Shown: positions 1 through 11,288, numbered from the stretch's first letter. The stretch: 64,000 bases of DNA from Candidatus Dadabacteria bacterium (GCA_963805855.1 CAWDVW010000002.1:576001-640000); one strand, 5' to 3'. Notes: generated by a model not told the origin, from the sequence alone. Numbers and translations: made by a program.

Positions 1-674
1 TAAACGGTCTCCTTTTGAGCCGTTATTGAAACTGATGCATCAATTAAGTCCTTATATTCTTTAAACACCGAAGAAACTTCCCTGATCTTCGCTTCCCAAT
101 CGTTCGGATCGAATACTAGTGCAATCTCAGGGCCGCTGTAAACATGGGGTTTTTCCCTGGAAAAGCTAGCGATTTCTTCATCCTTGACGTCATCAACATT
201 TTCAGCCTTCTTATTGAAATACTGTGTAAGCGCATCCTTATAAGTAGCGTCAGTCGCTTGCCATAAGATCGCCCTTATAGAGTCAACGTCATTATCAATT
301 GGAATAATCGAGGAATCAATTGCAGAGGAGTTTCCACCAGAATTGCCCAAGATCGAATTATCAAACTCATAATCTCCTACCCTCACGTCAACAAACAAAC
401 GCCTTTTCCTGTCGTTGGACAGGTCTACAATCGCACCATATTTGCCCTTAATGCTGTAAAATGCGTTGTCCTTGATCTGATAACTTATAAAGTACGGCGC
501 CTCATAGCCATCGAGTCGCAGCTTTTTCCATGAACGATTTAATTCCTTTTCCATCGCATTGAGCACGACAGTATCACTCCTGTCCGAGGCCGACACAGGT
601 GTTAATGCAAATAAAAGGAATGAAAATATGATTATGGATAATACTCTTAACCTAATAGATCGATTTCCATGCAT
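1..674 (-). CDS. TldD/PmbA (peptidase U62)-family protein with signal peptide, 5' part (runs off window)
   Basis: Manual translation from ATG 674: MHGNRSIRLRVLSIIIFSFLLFALTPVSA...AMEKELNRSWKKLRLDGYEAPYFISY...VDVRVGDYEFDNS...IRAILWQATDATYK; not in ORF track. Confidence 0.7.
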   Translation of the reverse strand, partial: MHGNRSIRLRVLSIIIFSFLLFALTPVSASDRSDTVVLNAMEKELNRSWKKLRLDGYEAPYFISYQIKDNAFYSIKGKYGAIVDLSNDRKRRLFVDVRVGDYEFDNSILGNSGGNSSAIDSSIIPIDNDVDSIRAILWQATDATYKDALTQYFNKKAENVDDVKDEEIASFSREKPHVYSGPEIALVFDPNDWEAKIREVSSVFKEYKDLIDASVSITAQKETV

Positions 675-722
675 GAAAAAATGGTATCAACCGGCGCTCA
701 TATTGTCAATCGCTCTAGACAA

Positions 723-955
723 TAGAGAATTCGGGGACAGTCTCTCGAATCTTAAATGGGCATTCAAAAAATTCCCAAAATCAATTCCGGAAGCGTTAAA
801 AAAAGTGACAATCATTACTGTCATCTCGAAGGAACAAAGCGACTGAGAGAACTAATTAATTATAGCAATAGATATCTCGCATTCGCTCGATACGCAAGCG
901 TTTTTTGTCAGCCCTTGATTTTTGTTTCTTTGTATCAAGACAAAGAAAGAAATAA
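723..955 (+). repeat. Composite intergenic repeat (MITE/REP-like), copy 1
   Basis: Near-identical to reverse complement of 12660-12897; partial copies at 11510-11696, 46667-46973, 53560-53900, 57390-57555. Confidence 0.85.
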
Positions 956-1021
956 AAGATGTTGAGGTTAAAGTTTGTAAAAGCATCTTATTAGACTAAG
1001 AAAATCGCACGAATGGCAATA

Positions 1022-1136
1022 TAGATTCCCGCTCACAATCCGCGGGAATGACGTTCAGTTTGTCATCCCCGAATGCAGTAGTCGGGGATCCAGAGACAAC
1101 GGCATGGATTCCCACTTACAATCCGTGGGAATGACA
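1022..1136. repeat. dRS3/REP-like palindromes (GTCATCCCC...GGGGATCC, GATTCCC...GGGAATGAC)
   Basis: Paired palindromes; related copies near 12617-12647 and 20532-20562. Confidence 0.65.
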
Positions 1137-1233
1137 GGGTATGAAATTTCCCGCCAATCGCAAGGACGTCGAACCCGTCTACTCTGCCTACGTCGACTCA
1201 CTAAAATGTTAGAAGCTTGAGGGGATTCGCCGG

Positions 1234-1944
1234 TCAACAGTTCTGTATCAGTTCCTTGAGAAACCTATTAAGCATGCTCCTAGATTTCCTTATGTCAATT
1301 AGCACCAATTTCAAAAATGGATAAATTAGCCTCGGGTTTAAAATTAGATGCCTAAACGCATTTAGTTTTCTGAGTTCTCCACAGCTGCTGTAAAAATGTC
1401 TCATGTCAGGCAGCTCAACCCGGTTATCGTCCGATATTGACCTTACCGATATGACGGGATATCCGTAAACTTCGGCTGCCTCAACTACTCCCCATGTTTC
1501 CATATCGACACTCAGGGCACCCGTTTGGTGGTGCAGTCGCCTCTTTTCATCGGGGTCATGTATAAACCTGTTCTCCGTCAATAGCCCGCCCTTCATAAAA
1601 TCGATAGACAATCTGTTTATGTCACAGAAAAGCCCTTTCTTCTCATTCCTTTTCAAGCTCAAGACCCATTGTCCGACTATAATATCTCCAACCCTGAGTC
1701 CATCGCTGAGCGCACCGCCGAGTCCGGCAGATATGATTAATTCGGGTTTGAATTTCTCGATTACGTAATTTGTTCCATTGCGCGCCCTCCTGATGCCGAC
1801 GCCCGTACGGGCGAAAAGTACAGGCTTCCCATAAAGGTCACCCTTAAAAAATTGCAGATCATTCCAGGATCCTTGATCAGTTATCTGAAGATAGCTCTTA
1901 TTGTCATCCAATTCAAACCAGTTAGCACAAATAACAGCTATCAA
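1234..1944 (-). CDS. PNP/UDP phosphorylase / MTA-SAH nucleosidase family protein (HpnG-like)
   Basis: TGVG, ISAGLGGAL, VDMET, VRSISD motifs. Confidence 0.8.
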   Translation of the reverse strand: MIAVICANWFELDDNKSYLQITDQGSWNDLQFFKGDLYGKPVLFARTGVGIRRARNGTNYVIEKFKPELIISAGLGGALSDGLRVGDIIVGQWVLSLKRNEKKGLFCDINRLSIDFMKGGLLTENRFIHDPDEKRRLHHQTGALSVDMETWGVVEAAEVYGYPVISVRSISDDNRVELPDMRHFYSSCGELRKLNAFRHLILNPRLIYPFLKLVLIDIRKSRSMLNRFLKELIQNC

Positions 1945-2058
1945 ATTTGTGATCCCCCATTCTATTTTTTCAGAACGGATTCATTCTCTATTCTTACATT
2001 GTAAGCCGTCGAACAGCACCTAAACCGCGATCCAATCTTGATTAGAAGACTACCCCAC

Positions 2059-2862
2059 CTAACGCTCTAGATATAGGAAAAAAATCAAAGCTGCCAGCGC
2101 AATCCTGTATATGACAAAAACCGTATAGCTTCCCTTCTGAACGTACTTCAACAGATATTTTATTGCAAGGAATCCAAAAATGGCAGAGCTTAATATACCG
2201 GCCAGGAAAGGGAGGCTAACAACTGTCGCGAAATCCAGGTGCCTCGATTCAAATACCGCAGCGCCCGCTATTATGGGTGCGGCGATTAAGAAAGAAAACC
2301 TTGCCGCCTCGTCCCTCTTAAAACTCCTCATAAGTCCACCAGTAATCGAAATTCCTGAACGTGATACGCCTGGCACGATCGAAATGGCCTGAAAAAGGCC
2401 TATTATCAGGCCATCCCAAACACTCATTTCTGAAATCTTCTTGTCTTTACCCGAAAATCTATCTGAGAAATAGAGGATCAAACCAAAGAAAAAAAGTGTG
2501 AAGGCAATACCGATCGGGTTTCTTAATAGCCCACTGGCCTGTTTTTCAAATAAAACCCCGGCGACACCGCCCGGAATACACGCAATAATTATTATTAAGC
2601 CTATTCTTCCATTCGGATAATCTTTAAAGCCCGAGCTAAAAACACCAGCAACAAACTCAACCACGATTGCGAACCATTCTCTCCAGAAATAGTAAATTAG
2701 CGCGAGCAGCGTACCGATATGAAGGGCGACATCAAAAGCCAATCCCGGATCATGCCATGAAAAGAACCATGGTAAAAGGACAAGGTGGGCAGTGCTGCTC
2801 ACCGGAAAAAACTCTGATACGCCCTGTATAATACCGAGTATTAGAGACTGAATTAAACTCAA
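2059..2862 (-). CDS. uppP: Undecaprenyl-diphosphate phosphatase
   Basis: GIIQGVSEFFPVSSTAHL and PGVSRSG motifs. Confidence 0.95.
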   Translation of the reverse strand: MSLIQSLILGIIQGVSEFFPVSSTAHLVLLPWFFSWHDPGLAFDVALHIGTLLALIYYFWREWFAIVVEFVAGVFSSGFKDYPNGRIGLIIIIACIPGGVAGVLFEKQASGLLRNPIGIAFTLFFFGLILYFSDRFSGKDKKISEMSVWDGLIIGLFQAISIVPGVSRSGISITGGLMRSFKRDEAARFSFLIAAPIIAGAAVFESRHLDFATVVSLPFLAGILSSAIFGFLAIKYLLKYVQKGSYTVFVIYRIALAALIFFLYLER

Positions 2863-2892
2863 TAAGATATCCCTAGATTCATAGGCTCCGCT

Positions 2893-5694
2893 TTATAGAA
2901 CCCTTTTAAGAAATTTACCAGTATAAGATCCTTCGAAGTGAGAAACCTCTTCGGGCGTTCCATTTGCAACCATACGGCCCCCGTTTTCGCCACCCTCTGG
3001 TCCCAGATCAATTATGTAGTCTGAGCATTTTAGAACCTCAAGATTATGCTCGATAACCACGATTGTATTCCCCGAATCTACAAGCCTCTGAAGCACATCG
3101 ATTAACCTCTTCACATCCTCGAAATGAAGACCTATAGTGGGTTCATCGAGAACGTACAACGTTCTACCGGTTGCCTTCTTCGAAAGCTCCTTTGCAAGCT
3201 TTATCCTCTGGGCTTCGCCGCCCGAAAGTGTCGTAGCCGCTTGACCGAGCCGAATATAATCGAGTCCCACCGCGTGAAGCACTTCGAGCTTCTGTCTTAG
3301 TTTCGGAATACTTGAAAAGAAATCTAAAGCCTCGCTCACCGTCATTTCCAAAACGTCCGTAATGTTTTTTCCCTTATAAAAGATGTCTAACGTCTCCGCG
3401 TCATACCTCTTGCCCCCGCACTGATCACACCTTACATAGACGTCTGGGAGAAAGTGCATTTCGATCCTTACAGTCCCGTTTCCCTGACATCCGCTGCACC
3501 TTCCTTCCTGCACATTAAAGCTAAATCGACTTGGCGAATACCCGCGCAACCGGGCATCTGGAAGTATCGAGAACAATTCCCTGAGGGGCGTGAAAACTCC
3601 GGTGTAGGTAGCCGGATTTGATCTCGGAGTCCTTCCAATGGGAGCTTGATCGACATTCACCACCTTATCTATTTTATCAATGCCCTCTATCGCCTTATGC
3701 CTGCCCACCCTCTCTCTCCCACCATAGAATTTCGAGCAAAGGGCATTGTAGAGTGTGTCAATTACAAGGGTGCTCTTCCCGGAGCCGGATACACCGGTTA
3801 CGCAAGTAAAAACTCCAAGCGGAAAGGACACGTCGAGCTCTTTCAGATTATTTTCACGGGCACCTTTGACCTTTAAAAAGCCCCCGGGTTTTCGCCTTGT
3901 ACCGGGGACAGAGATCGAAAGTTGTCTTGAAAGGTAACTTCCTGTGAGCGATTTTTCGTTCTTCATCAAATCGTAAATATTTCCATGAGCCACAACCTCT
4001 CCGCCCTTTTCACCGGCTCCAGGCCCCATATCGACTACAAAATCCGAATTCCTGATTGTTTCTTCGTCGTGCTCAACGACTATGATTGTATTACCACGAT
4101 CCCTCAGGGACTTCAGTGTTGAAATAAGGCGCTGATTATCCTTGGGGTGCAAACCTATTGTCGGCTCATCAAGCACGTAAGTGATACCTGTGAGCCTGGA
4201 GCCCACCTGAGTTGCGAGCCGGATCCTTTGACCTTCTCCTCCCGAAAGCGTAGTGGCCGAGCGGTCAAGCGTCAGATAATCAAGACCGACATCCGCCAGG
4301 AATTCCAGCCTCGACCCTATTTCTTTTTGTATCCTCCCACCAACCTCCTTTTCCTGACCCGAAAAACTTAGATTACTGAAAAATTCAATGCATTTATCTA
4401 CCGTTAGCCTGGTTATATCGGAAATCGACATGCCATCCAACAGTATGCTTAGACTTTCTTTTTTCAGCCTGGAGCCATTACAGGTGGAGCAGTCAACTGT
4501 GCGAATATAGTTTGAAAGCTTCATCCTGACCTCATCGGAAGAGGTTTCATGATACCAGTCGGACATTATTCCGATGACACCCGGGAAGGTATCCCAATAT
4601 TCGATCGATCCTCTACCATTATCCCTGTAGAATCTGATTTCCTCATCTCCCGATCCATACAGTATGATTTTTTTGAATTTGCCGGGCAATCTCGAATACG
4701 GGGTTTGCATATTGAATCCAAAATGATCCGCTACACACCCAATCATGCGACTGAAGTATTTTGAATTCCTCCATGGGATGATTGCACCGTCTTCTATTGA
4801 TTTTCCTTTGTTATCTATAATCAGCTCCGGATCGAAGTTTGTTTTTTGACCAAGCCCTTCGCACGCCGGGCATGCCCCGTACGGACTGTTAAATGAGAAT
4901 AACCTGGGAGAAATCTCGGGATAGCTTATTCCGCATGTTGGACAGGAAAACTTCTCACTGAAAACAATCTCGTTCCCACCGGATGTTTCCACTTTTACAA
5001 CACCACCTGATCTTTTCAGAGCCAGTTTGAGCGAATCCTGTATTCTGCCTCTTAAATCCTTTTCAGTAACATTCACCACGTCCACCAGGAGTTCAATCGT
5101 ATGCTTTTTATTTTTTTCAACATGAATTTCATCGTCGAGGTCGAGGAGTTTTCCGTCAATTCTTACCCTAAGGAACCCCTGATCTTTGAGCTCAGCCAGT
5201 TCCTTTCTGTATTCTCCCTTTCTACCCTGGACAATAGGTGAATAGATGGATATCCTCTCTTTCTTGGCAAATTCAATTATCCGATTTACCATTCTTTCAA
5301 TGCTCTGTGACGCTATCTCCTTCCCACATCTATAGCAGAACGGCCTCCCCAGTCTGGCGAAAAGGAGTCTGAGAAAATCATATATCTCGGTTATCGTGCC
5401 AACTGTCGAACGCGGATTCCTCTGAAAGGTTTTCTGATCAACTGAGATGGATGGAGAAAGTCCCTCAATCGAGTCGATGTCGGGCTTATCAATCTTTTCG
5501 ACAAACTGCCGGGCATATGCGGACAGTGACTCCATATATCTCCGCTGACCCTCAGCGAAGATGGTATCGAAAGCGAGCGAAGACTTACCCGAGCCGCTGA
5601 CGCCGGTGATTAAAACAAATTTCCCCCGGGGAACCTCCAGGCTTATATTTTTCAGGTTATGCTCCCTTGCACCTATAATCCTTATACTATCCAC
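2893..5694 (-). CDS. uvrA: Excinuclease ABC subunit A
   Basis: GAREHNLKN, two GVSGSGKS Walker A motifs, two LSGGE motifs, zinc fingers, 933 aa. Confidence 0.99.
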   Translation of the reverse strand: MDSIRIIGAREHNLKNISLEVPRGKFVLITGVSGSGKSSLAFDTIFAEGQRRYMESLSAYARQFVEKIDKPDIDSIEGLSPSISVDQKTFQRNPRSTVGTITEIYDFLRLLFARLGRPFCYRCGKEIASQSIERMVNRIIEFAKKERISIYSPIVQGRKGEYRKELAELKDQGFLRVRIDGKLLDLDDEIHVEKNKKHTIELLVDVVNVTEKDLRGRIQDSLKLALKRSGGVVKVETSGGNEIVFSEKFSCPTCGISYPEISPRLFSFNSPYGACPACEGLGQKTNFDPELIIDNKGKSIEDGAIIPWRNSKYFSRMIGCVADHFGFNMQTPYSRLPGKFKKIILYGSGDEEIRFYRDNGRGSIEYWDTFPGVIGIMSDWYHETSSDEVRMKLSNYIRTVDCSTCNGSRLKKESLSILLDGMSISDITRLTVDKCIEFFSNLSFSGQEKEVGGRIQKEIGSRLEFLADVGLDYLTLDRSATTLSGGEGQRIRLATQVGSRLTGITYVLDEPTIGLHPKDNQRLISTLKSLRDRGNTIIVVEHDEETIRNSDFVVDMGPGAGEKGGEVVAHGNIYDLMKNEKSLTGSYLSRQLSISVPGTRRKPGGFLKVKGARENNLKELDVSFPLGVFTCVTGVSGSGKSTLVIDTLYNALCSKFYGGRERVGRHKAIEGIDKIDKVVNVDQAPIGRTPRSNPATYTGVFTPLRELFSILPDARLRGYSPSRFSFNVQEGRCSGCQGNGTVRIEMHFLPDVYVRCDQCGGKRYDAETLDIFYKGKNITDVLEMTVSEALDFFSSIPKLRQKLEVLHAVGLDYIRLGQAATTLSGGEAQRIKLAKELSKKATGRTLYVLDEPTIGLHFEDVKRLIDVLQRLVDSGNTIVVIEHNLEVLKCSDYIIDLGPEGGENGGRMVANGTPEEVSHFEGSYTGKFLKRVL

Positions 5695-5788
5695 AGCGGA
5701 TTTATTTTACCTGGATTATTATGGTGATAGAGACCTTTGGGAAGAAAAGTGTCTGTCACTATTATATGTATCTTAATACCGGGGATGT

Positions 5789-7234
5789 CTACGGCTGGTA
5801 TTCAATCGCGAGTTGAAGCCTGTTGGCAATGCCTAGTTTTTTAAAAATGTTATTCAAATGTGCCTTGACGGTTCTCTCGCTTATAGACAATTTTTGTGCT
5901 ATAACGTTGTTGCTTAGACCCTGAGAAACGAGTTTGGCAACTTCCTGCTCTTTATTCGTGAGTCTAGGCGTCAGAAGTACAGGCCTCCTCTTTTTCTTAG
6001 GCAATATTTTCGTTACAAATTTCTTGATTATTTCTGTATCAGAACAACTTTGCCCCAAATTCACGGTTCTGATGGCCTCGCGAATGTCTTCACCCGTCGA
6101 ACTTGCAGATATTAATCCACTAACACCAATGCTCAACGCATTAGTGATAAACTTCTCGTCATGATAGTGCAGCAAAAGGAGTATCTTTGAGTCTGAAGTC
6201 TTAGTTTTGATAAATTCAATGATTCTTCCCTTGTTATCCTGATTGAGGTCGGTATCGACTAAAATAACATCCGGTTTGTTATGCTCGATAACGGGTAAAA
6301 TCTCTTCGATTTCTCTTGCCGTTGTAACGATTTTTATGTCCTTTTCAGATTCTAATATTTTTGTTAAACCTTCGGAAACCAGTGTCTGTCTTGAAATCAC
6401 CGCTAAAGAAATAGGATTCTCTGAAGATACGGCTGATTTAAATACATCAAACTCGGAATCGAGGCCGTTTGGACTTTCGTACGGGACTTCCTTAAAAATT
6501 AAGAGTACTCCACTTAGTTCTCCTGTTTCACTTCTAATAGGGTTAGCCTTGATTTCCATAAACAGTTCTCTTCCATACCTAGTATTGATCAACTTCTTAA
6601 TAACCAGATTATCGAGATTCTGGGACTGTAATGCCAAAACGAGAGGGACATCATCATGAGAGAGTTCTGCTCCATGTTTTAATTTTATTATTTCATAAAG
6701 ATTTTTATCTATGGCTTCGTCCACTCTCCACCCCATCATCCGTTCCGCGCTTTCGGACAGGAACGTAATATTTAAATCCCTATCCACCACTATAATAGAA
6801 TATCCGAGTGTTGTAAGTGCATCTGAAATTGCTTTTTTTCTACTCTTTATTCTGCTTTCTGCTTTGTGTTTGTGAAGGGCTATCTCAATGGCTGATTGAA
6901 TTTCCTTGACTTTGAATGGCTTCAAAATATACCCAAACGGCTCAGTATATGTCGCTCTCTTGATTGTCCCCAAATCGGCATGTGCCGTTAAGTATATTAT
7001 GGGTATATCAAACTGTGATCTAATAAGTTTAGCAGCATCTATGCCGTCTATTTCTCCCCTTAAAACAATATCCATAAGGACCAGATCAGGTTGTAATTCC
7101 CTAGCAAGGTTTATGGCGTCTTCACCGGTCGAGGTAACGCCACAAACATCGTATCCCATTTTTGTAAGCCTATTTTGGATGTTTCTGGCAACTATGCTTT
7201 CATCTTCTACGACCAAAATTCTAGATTTTTTCAT
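5789..7234 (-). CDS. Response regulator REC-PAS-REC-LuxR HTH
   Basis: N-terminal VVEDE...DLVLMDI...KP; PAS segment; second REC; C-terminal LTNKEQEVAKLVSQGLSN...TVKAHLNNIFKKLG. Confidence 0.9.
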   Translation of the reverse strand: MKKSRILVVEDESIVARNIQNRLTKMGYDVCGVTSTGEDAINLARELQPDLVLMDIVLRGEIDGIDAAKLIRSQFDIPIIYLTAHADLGTIKRATYTEPFGYILKPFKVKEIQSAIEIALHKHKAESRIKSRKKAISDALTTLGYSIIVVDRDLNITFLSESAERMMGWRVDEAIDKNLYEIIKLKHGAELSHDDVPLVLALQSQNLDNLVIKKLINTRYGRELFMEIKANPIRSETGELSGVLLIFKEVPYESPNGLDSEFDVFKSAVSSENPISLAVISRQTLVSEGLTKILESEKDIKIVTTAREIEEILPVIEHNKPDVILVDTDLNQDNKGRIIEFIKTKTSDSKILLLLHYHDEKFITNALSIGVSGLISASSTGEDIREAIRTVNLGQSCSDTEIIKKFVTKILPKKKRRPVLLTPRLTNKEQEVAKLVSQGLSNNVIAQKLSISERTVKAHLNNIFKKLGIANRLQLAIEYQP

Positions 7235-7270
7235 AGTACTAATATTATAAACGATATTATTTTCGGCTGC

Positions 7271-9997
7271 TCATTTTGGAAATACAATCGTAAAGTCGGT
7301 CCCAGCCTGTGTGGCGACAGTTATAAATCCGCCAAGCTGTTGAATCAGAGCCGTTATCAATTGAAATCCCAGCGTTTCTGATTTCTCGATATCAAATTTC
7401 TCAGGAAGACCTATGCCATCGTCTTTTATTATCAATGTGCAGTTTTGATCATCGGTTGATGTTTTAATTGAGATTTCACCTCTCTTATCAGGAAAGGCGT
7501 GTTTCAGACAATTTGACAGAATCTCATTGATTAACAAACCACAGGGAATCGCTCTATCAATACTTAATTCGGTTTTACAAATATTAGTGTTTATTTTTAT
7601 GTCCTTCGTACTAATTCCGTATGAATCGACGAAATTACTGACTAACGTACTTATATATTCGTCAAAGTCCAAGGTTGCCATGTCACTTGATTCGTATAAT
7701 TGCTCATGTATAAAGGCCATGGAAATAATGCGGTCCTGAGTTTCAGCAAGCATTTTAACCACTTTTTCATCTTCAATAAAATCAGACTGAAGTTCGAGCA
7801 AGCTTGAAATTACCTGTAAATTATTCTTTACGCGATGATAAACTTCCTTAAGAAGTACCTCTTTATCTTTTAGGGATGATTTCAATTGCTTTTCTACTTT
7901 CTTCCTCTTGGTGATCTCCCTCCTTAATTCCGTATTTGTCCTAGTTAGCTCCATTGTTCGTTCCAAGACTTTAGCTTCAAGAAGGACATTTGACTCTCGT
8001 AGAGCTTCTGCATGGGCGGCGTTATTTATCGCAAGCTCAATTTGCTGAGCTACTATCTCCAGTAGTTTTAGTTCTACTTCAGTGAAAGCGCTTTTCTTCA
8101 AGAATGAACTTATGCCTATTGCTCCTATTGTTTTACCTTCAAAGTAAATTGGCATCGAAACATAACTCTTTGTTCCCGCCTCCCTTCCGGTTTGGCCGAT
8201 GACGGTATCCTGATCCACATCCGGGCAATATATAGGTTTTCCATCAATGATTGTTCTCCAAATAAAACCCCTGGGATAGGGAATCCGATTCACTTGCTTG
8301 ATAAAATCGTCATGATAGCCGCTATAAGACCTCAAAACAGCTTCATCTTCATCCACCAAATAAATACCGACATTTTCTGCGCTCTCTATATTTTTACTTA
8401 TTTCAACCACTGCGCTTTCTATAACCTTCTGAAGATCAAGCGACTGATGGACACTCCTGGTCACCGCGCTTATGATTTCTTCATAACGCTTCTTTTTAGA
8501 TAACTCTCTATACAGATTTGCTTTCGCTATTGCTATGGCAATCTGACTGCCAATAGAGGTAAGCAATTCCTCTTCAGATTTGGTAAAGTCCTTTTCTTCA
8601 TAGCCGAGCAGCCAGATCACTCCAGCGGTTTTCCCCTCTATAGCCACCGGTATTCCCAACATGCTGCGCAAGCCCAGTTCCCACTCAAACCGTTCGACGC
8701 CGGGGCCATCTCTCGCATTCTTAACGTTCACGATCTCTCCAGATTTAATTACCTTCCAGGTTAGCCCTCTGGGATATGGAATCCTGCCCGCGCTCTCCAC
8801 ATAACCGCTTGGGAAGTTTCTCTGAGCCTGCATAACAGCTTCACACTTTACTTCATCTACAAGATAGATACACGCAAGATCAACATATCCCAGTTCAAGA
8901 ATCTTATCCAGCGCAACATCGTAAATCTCCTCAAGATTAATGGATTGATTCATCACTCTGGTTATGTAATTCAGTATCCTTAATTCCTCCTCCCGATTCT
9001 TGCGCTCTGTGATATCACGAGCAATGCCTCGATAACCTTGAAGAACGCCGTGAGTGTCGAAAACAGGAGAACCGCTGGTTTCAAGCACAACAGAGTACCC
9101 ATTCTTATGAATTAGGGTTTTTTCTAGACGAGTAAATGCCGCGTTACTTTCGATAAAGGGGGCTATGACCTCATAAAACCGCGATTCCTCTTTTGGAGTC
9201 ATAAAGTCGAACGTTGTTTTTCCGATAACCTCCTCAGGTCTATAGCCTATGATCTCAGATACCTGAGGACTAACGTAAATGAAAGCCCCATATTTATCGA
9301 TTTCCCACACCCAGTCGTTCGTCTGCTCCACTAGATTACGAAACTTCTCCTCACTCAACCAAAGCGCTTCGGCCTGCTTCGCATTGTGGACTGCGATTTC
9401 CAACTGTTGGGTAATAACTTCCAGTAATTTTAGATCCTCCTCATCAAATGCATTTTTTTGACACGAGTTTATGCTTGTTACACCTACTACCTGTGCTTGG
9501 AAGTAAATAGGCGTCGATAAGTAACTTTTAATTCCCGATTCCCTTCCGGCATAGCCGAGAAGGGAATCTTTATCGACATCAGAGCAATAGATTGGCTTTC
9601 CGTCTAGTATTGTCTTCCAGGTTAGTCCCTTCGGATAGGGTATTCTACCGGCTTTCTCGATATAACGATCGCTCAAACCCCTTTGGGTTTTGAGGTTAGC
9701 GACGTTCCCCTCTATAATATAAATTCCGACAGAATCCACCTTATCAATGCTTTTTATCAACCCATCGACAGAGTTTTCGAGAACCTCTTCCAGGCGGATC
9801 GATTTATGGACCCATTTTATAACATCCTTTATGACGAGATCGTATCTGTTTTTTTTTGAAAGTTTATTCAGTAATTCATGTTGGGTGATTTGGGCTTGAT
9901 CGCCGGAAAAACCTAAGGAAGGTGAGTCATGGCTATGGAATGAGGATCCGAATTTTTGATCCTTTAATCCGGCAGTTCTATCGTCTTTATCCCCCAT
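7271..9997 (-). CDS. GAF-PAS-GAF-GAF sensor histidine kinase (HisKA_2 type)
   Basis: Three RIPYPxG..W GAF repeats, PAS, EVYHRVKNNLQ H-box, NEILSNCLKHAF, DDGIG. Confidence 0.92.
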   Translation of the reverse strand: MGDKDDRTAGLKDQKFGSSFHSHDSPSLGFSGDQAQITQHELLNKLSKKNRYDLVIKDVIKWVHKSIRLEEVLENSVDGLIKSIDKVDSVGIYIIEGNVANLKTQRGLSDRYIEKAGRIPYPKGLTWKTILDGKPIYCSDVDKDSLLGYAGRESGIKSYLSTPIYFQAQVVGVTSINSCQKNAFDEEDLKLLEVITQQLEIAVHNAKQAEALWLSEEKFRNLVEQTNDWVWEIDKYGAFIYVSPQVSEIIGYRPEEVIGKTTFDFMTPKEESRFYEVIAPFIESNAAFTRLEKTLIHKNGYSVVLETSGSPVFDTHGVLQGYRGIARDITERKNREEELRILNYITRVMNQSINLEEIYDVALDKILELGYVDLACIYLVDEVKCEAVMQAQRNFPSGYVESAGRIPYPRGLTWKVIKSGEIVNVKNARDGPGVERFEWELGLRSMLGIPVAIEGKTAGVIWLLGYEEKDFTKSEEELLTSIGSQIAIAIAKANLYRELSKKKRYEEIISAVTRSVHQSLDLQKVIESAVVEISKNIESAENVGIYLVDEDEAVLRSYSGYHDDFIKQVNRIPYPRGFIWRTIIDGKPIYCPDVDQDTVIGQTGREAGTKSYVSMPIYFEGKTIGAIGISSFLKKSAFTEVELKLLEIVAQQIELAINNAAHAEALRESNVLLEAKVLERTMELTRTNTELRREITKRKKVEKQLKSSLKDKEVLLKEVYHRVKNNLQVISSLLELQSDFIEDEKVVKMLAETQDRIISMAFIHEQLYESSDMATLDFDEYISTLVSNFVDSYGISTKDIKINTNICKTELSIDRAIPCGLLINEILSNCLKHAFPDKRGEISIKTSTDDQNCTLIIKDDGIGLPEKFDIEKSETLGFQLITALIQQLGGFITVATQAGTDFTIVFPK

Positions 9998-10565
9998 GAT
10001 GATACCCCCTCCACTATTTATCCGAGATCTATAATGCCTGCTACTGAAATTCTTTCCGGCTTAGTATCATTGAATATTTTGAATTAGATTTGCTATGTCG
10101 ATAGTTAGAATTGGGTGAAGGATGCTTAATGAAGCAGATTTAAATATCAAGATTTTATCGGATATAAGAAAACGGCTATTTAAAGCTGCCAAAAGATTCT
10201 ACACTCCATATGTAGAAATGACTTCTCTCTTTGTATAAGGAGTGTTACCTTTTCTCTTTTCACCCAATCGCCTCTACCCATCCCATTTGAAGAAAATTAT
10301 ATTTTATTTTGCTATTCTAAGTCAAGCAAAATTTTTGACCACGTACAAATTAGTTGAATTAAACAAAAGACTTGCACGCCGTCAATTAGTGCCCGCTAAT
10401 TTGATTTATCGATATAGACTTTAGGCCGATATTTGGATCGAGAATAGAGGACGCTACTCCTGGTTTTAATCTCCTACGCGACCAACTAAAAACAAATATC
10501 TGGTTAGTGCATGCTATAAGAAAAGTCCGGAATACGTCAGTGCCTCTAGCAGTAAAAGGTATTAA

Positions 10566-11288
10566 CTAACGACCTACTGCTTTTTTTAGAGCGTCGAGCT
10601 CATGCGCCCTAAAATATCTCCATTCTCCCTTTGGAAGATTATCCAGTTTTATGGGACCGACTGATATTCTCTTTAACTTCAATACAGGGTGGCCGAACTC
10701 AGAAAGAAACCTCTTAACCAAACGATTACGACCCTCGTGAAAGGCTATCTCTACTACTGTCTCTTTATCATCATATTTTACAACATTAATACTATCTGGC
10801 ATCGCATAACCGTCCTTTAGCTCGGCACCTCCTCTCATTCTTCTAAGTGTGTCCTTGTTTACCTTACCTCTCACGGTTGCTTGGTAAACCTTGCTCAATT
10901 TGTAACTCGGATGCAGTATCTTATGAGCAAGTTCACCGTCATTGGTTAGAATCAAAAGACCCTCCGTATCGTAATCCAGTCTCCCGACAGGATAAACCCT
11001 TTCCGGTATCTCAGTTATCAGCTCATCAATTGTTTTCTTGTCGTCTTCGCCTTTTCCAAGGGCCGTGAGAAAAAACCTGGGCTTATTAAGCAACACATAC
11101 CTTTTCCTTTCAATTCCCAAGGTCTTTCTTCCAACTCTTACCTCATCGGTTTCAGTGTCAATCCTGCATCCTAACTCATTCACCACTACGCCGTTAACCC
11201 TGACTTTTCCACTAATAATTAGTTCATCAGCATTGCGCCTGGATGAAATACCACACATCGAAAGGTATCTGTTAAGCCTTACTTTCAA
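10566..11288 (-). CDS. rRNA pseudouridine synthase (RsuA/RluB family)
   Basis: S4 domain (GISSRRNAD), PVGRLDYDTEGL, EGRNR. Confidence 0.92.
   Translation of the reverse strand: MKVRLNRYLSMCGISSRRNADELIISGKVRVNGVVVNELGCRIDTETDEVRVGRKTLGIERKRYVLLNKPRFFLTALGKGEDDKKTIDELITEIPERVYPVGRLDYDTEGLLILTNDGELAHKILHPSYKLSKVYQATVRGKVNKDTLRRMRGGAELKDGYAMPDSINVVKYDDKETVVEIAFHEGRNRLVKRFLSEFGHPVLKLKRISVGPIKLDNLPKGEWRYFRAHELDALKKAVGR

Noticed and set aside
559-1237. ORFs 559-846, 756-965 and 1055-1237
   Set aside because: They overlap the tldD-like start or translate palindromic repeats
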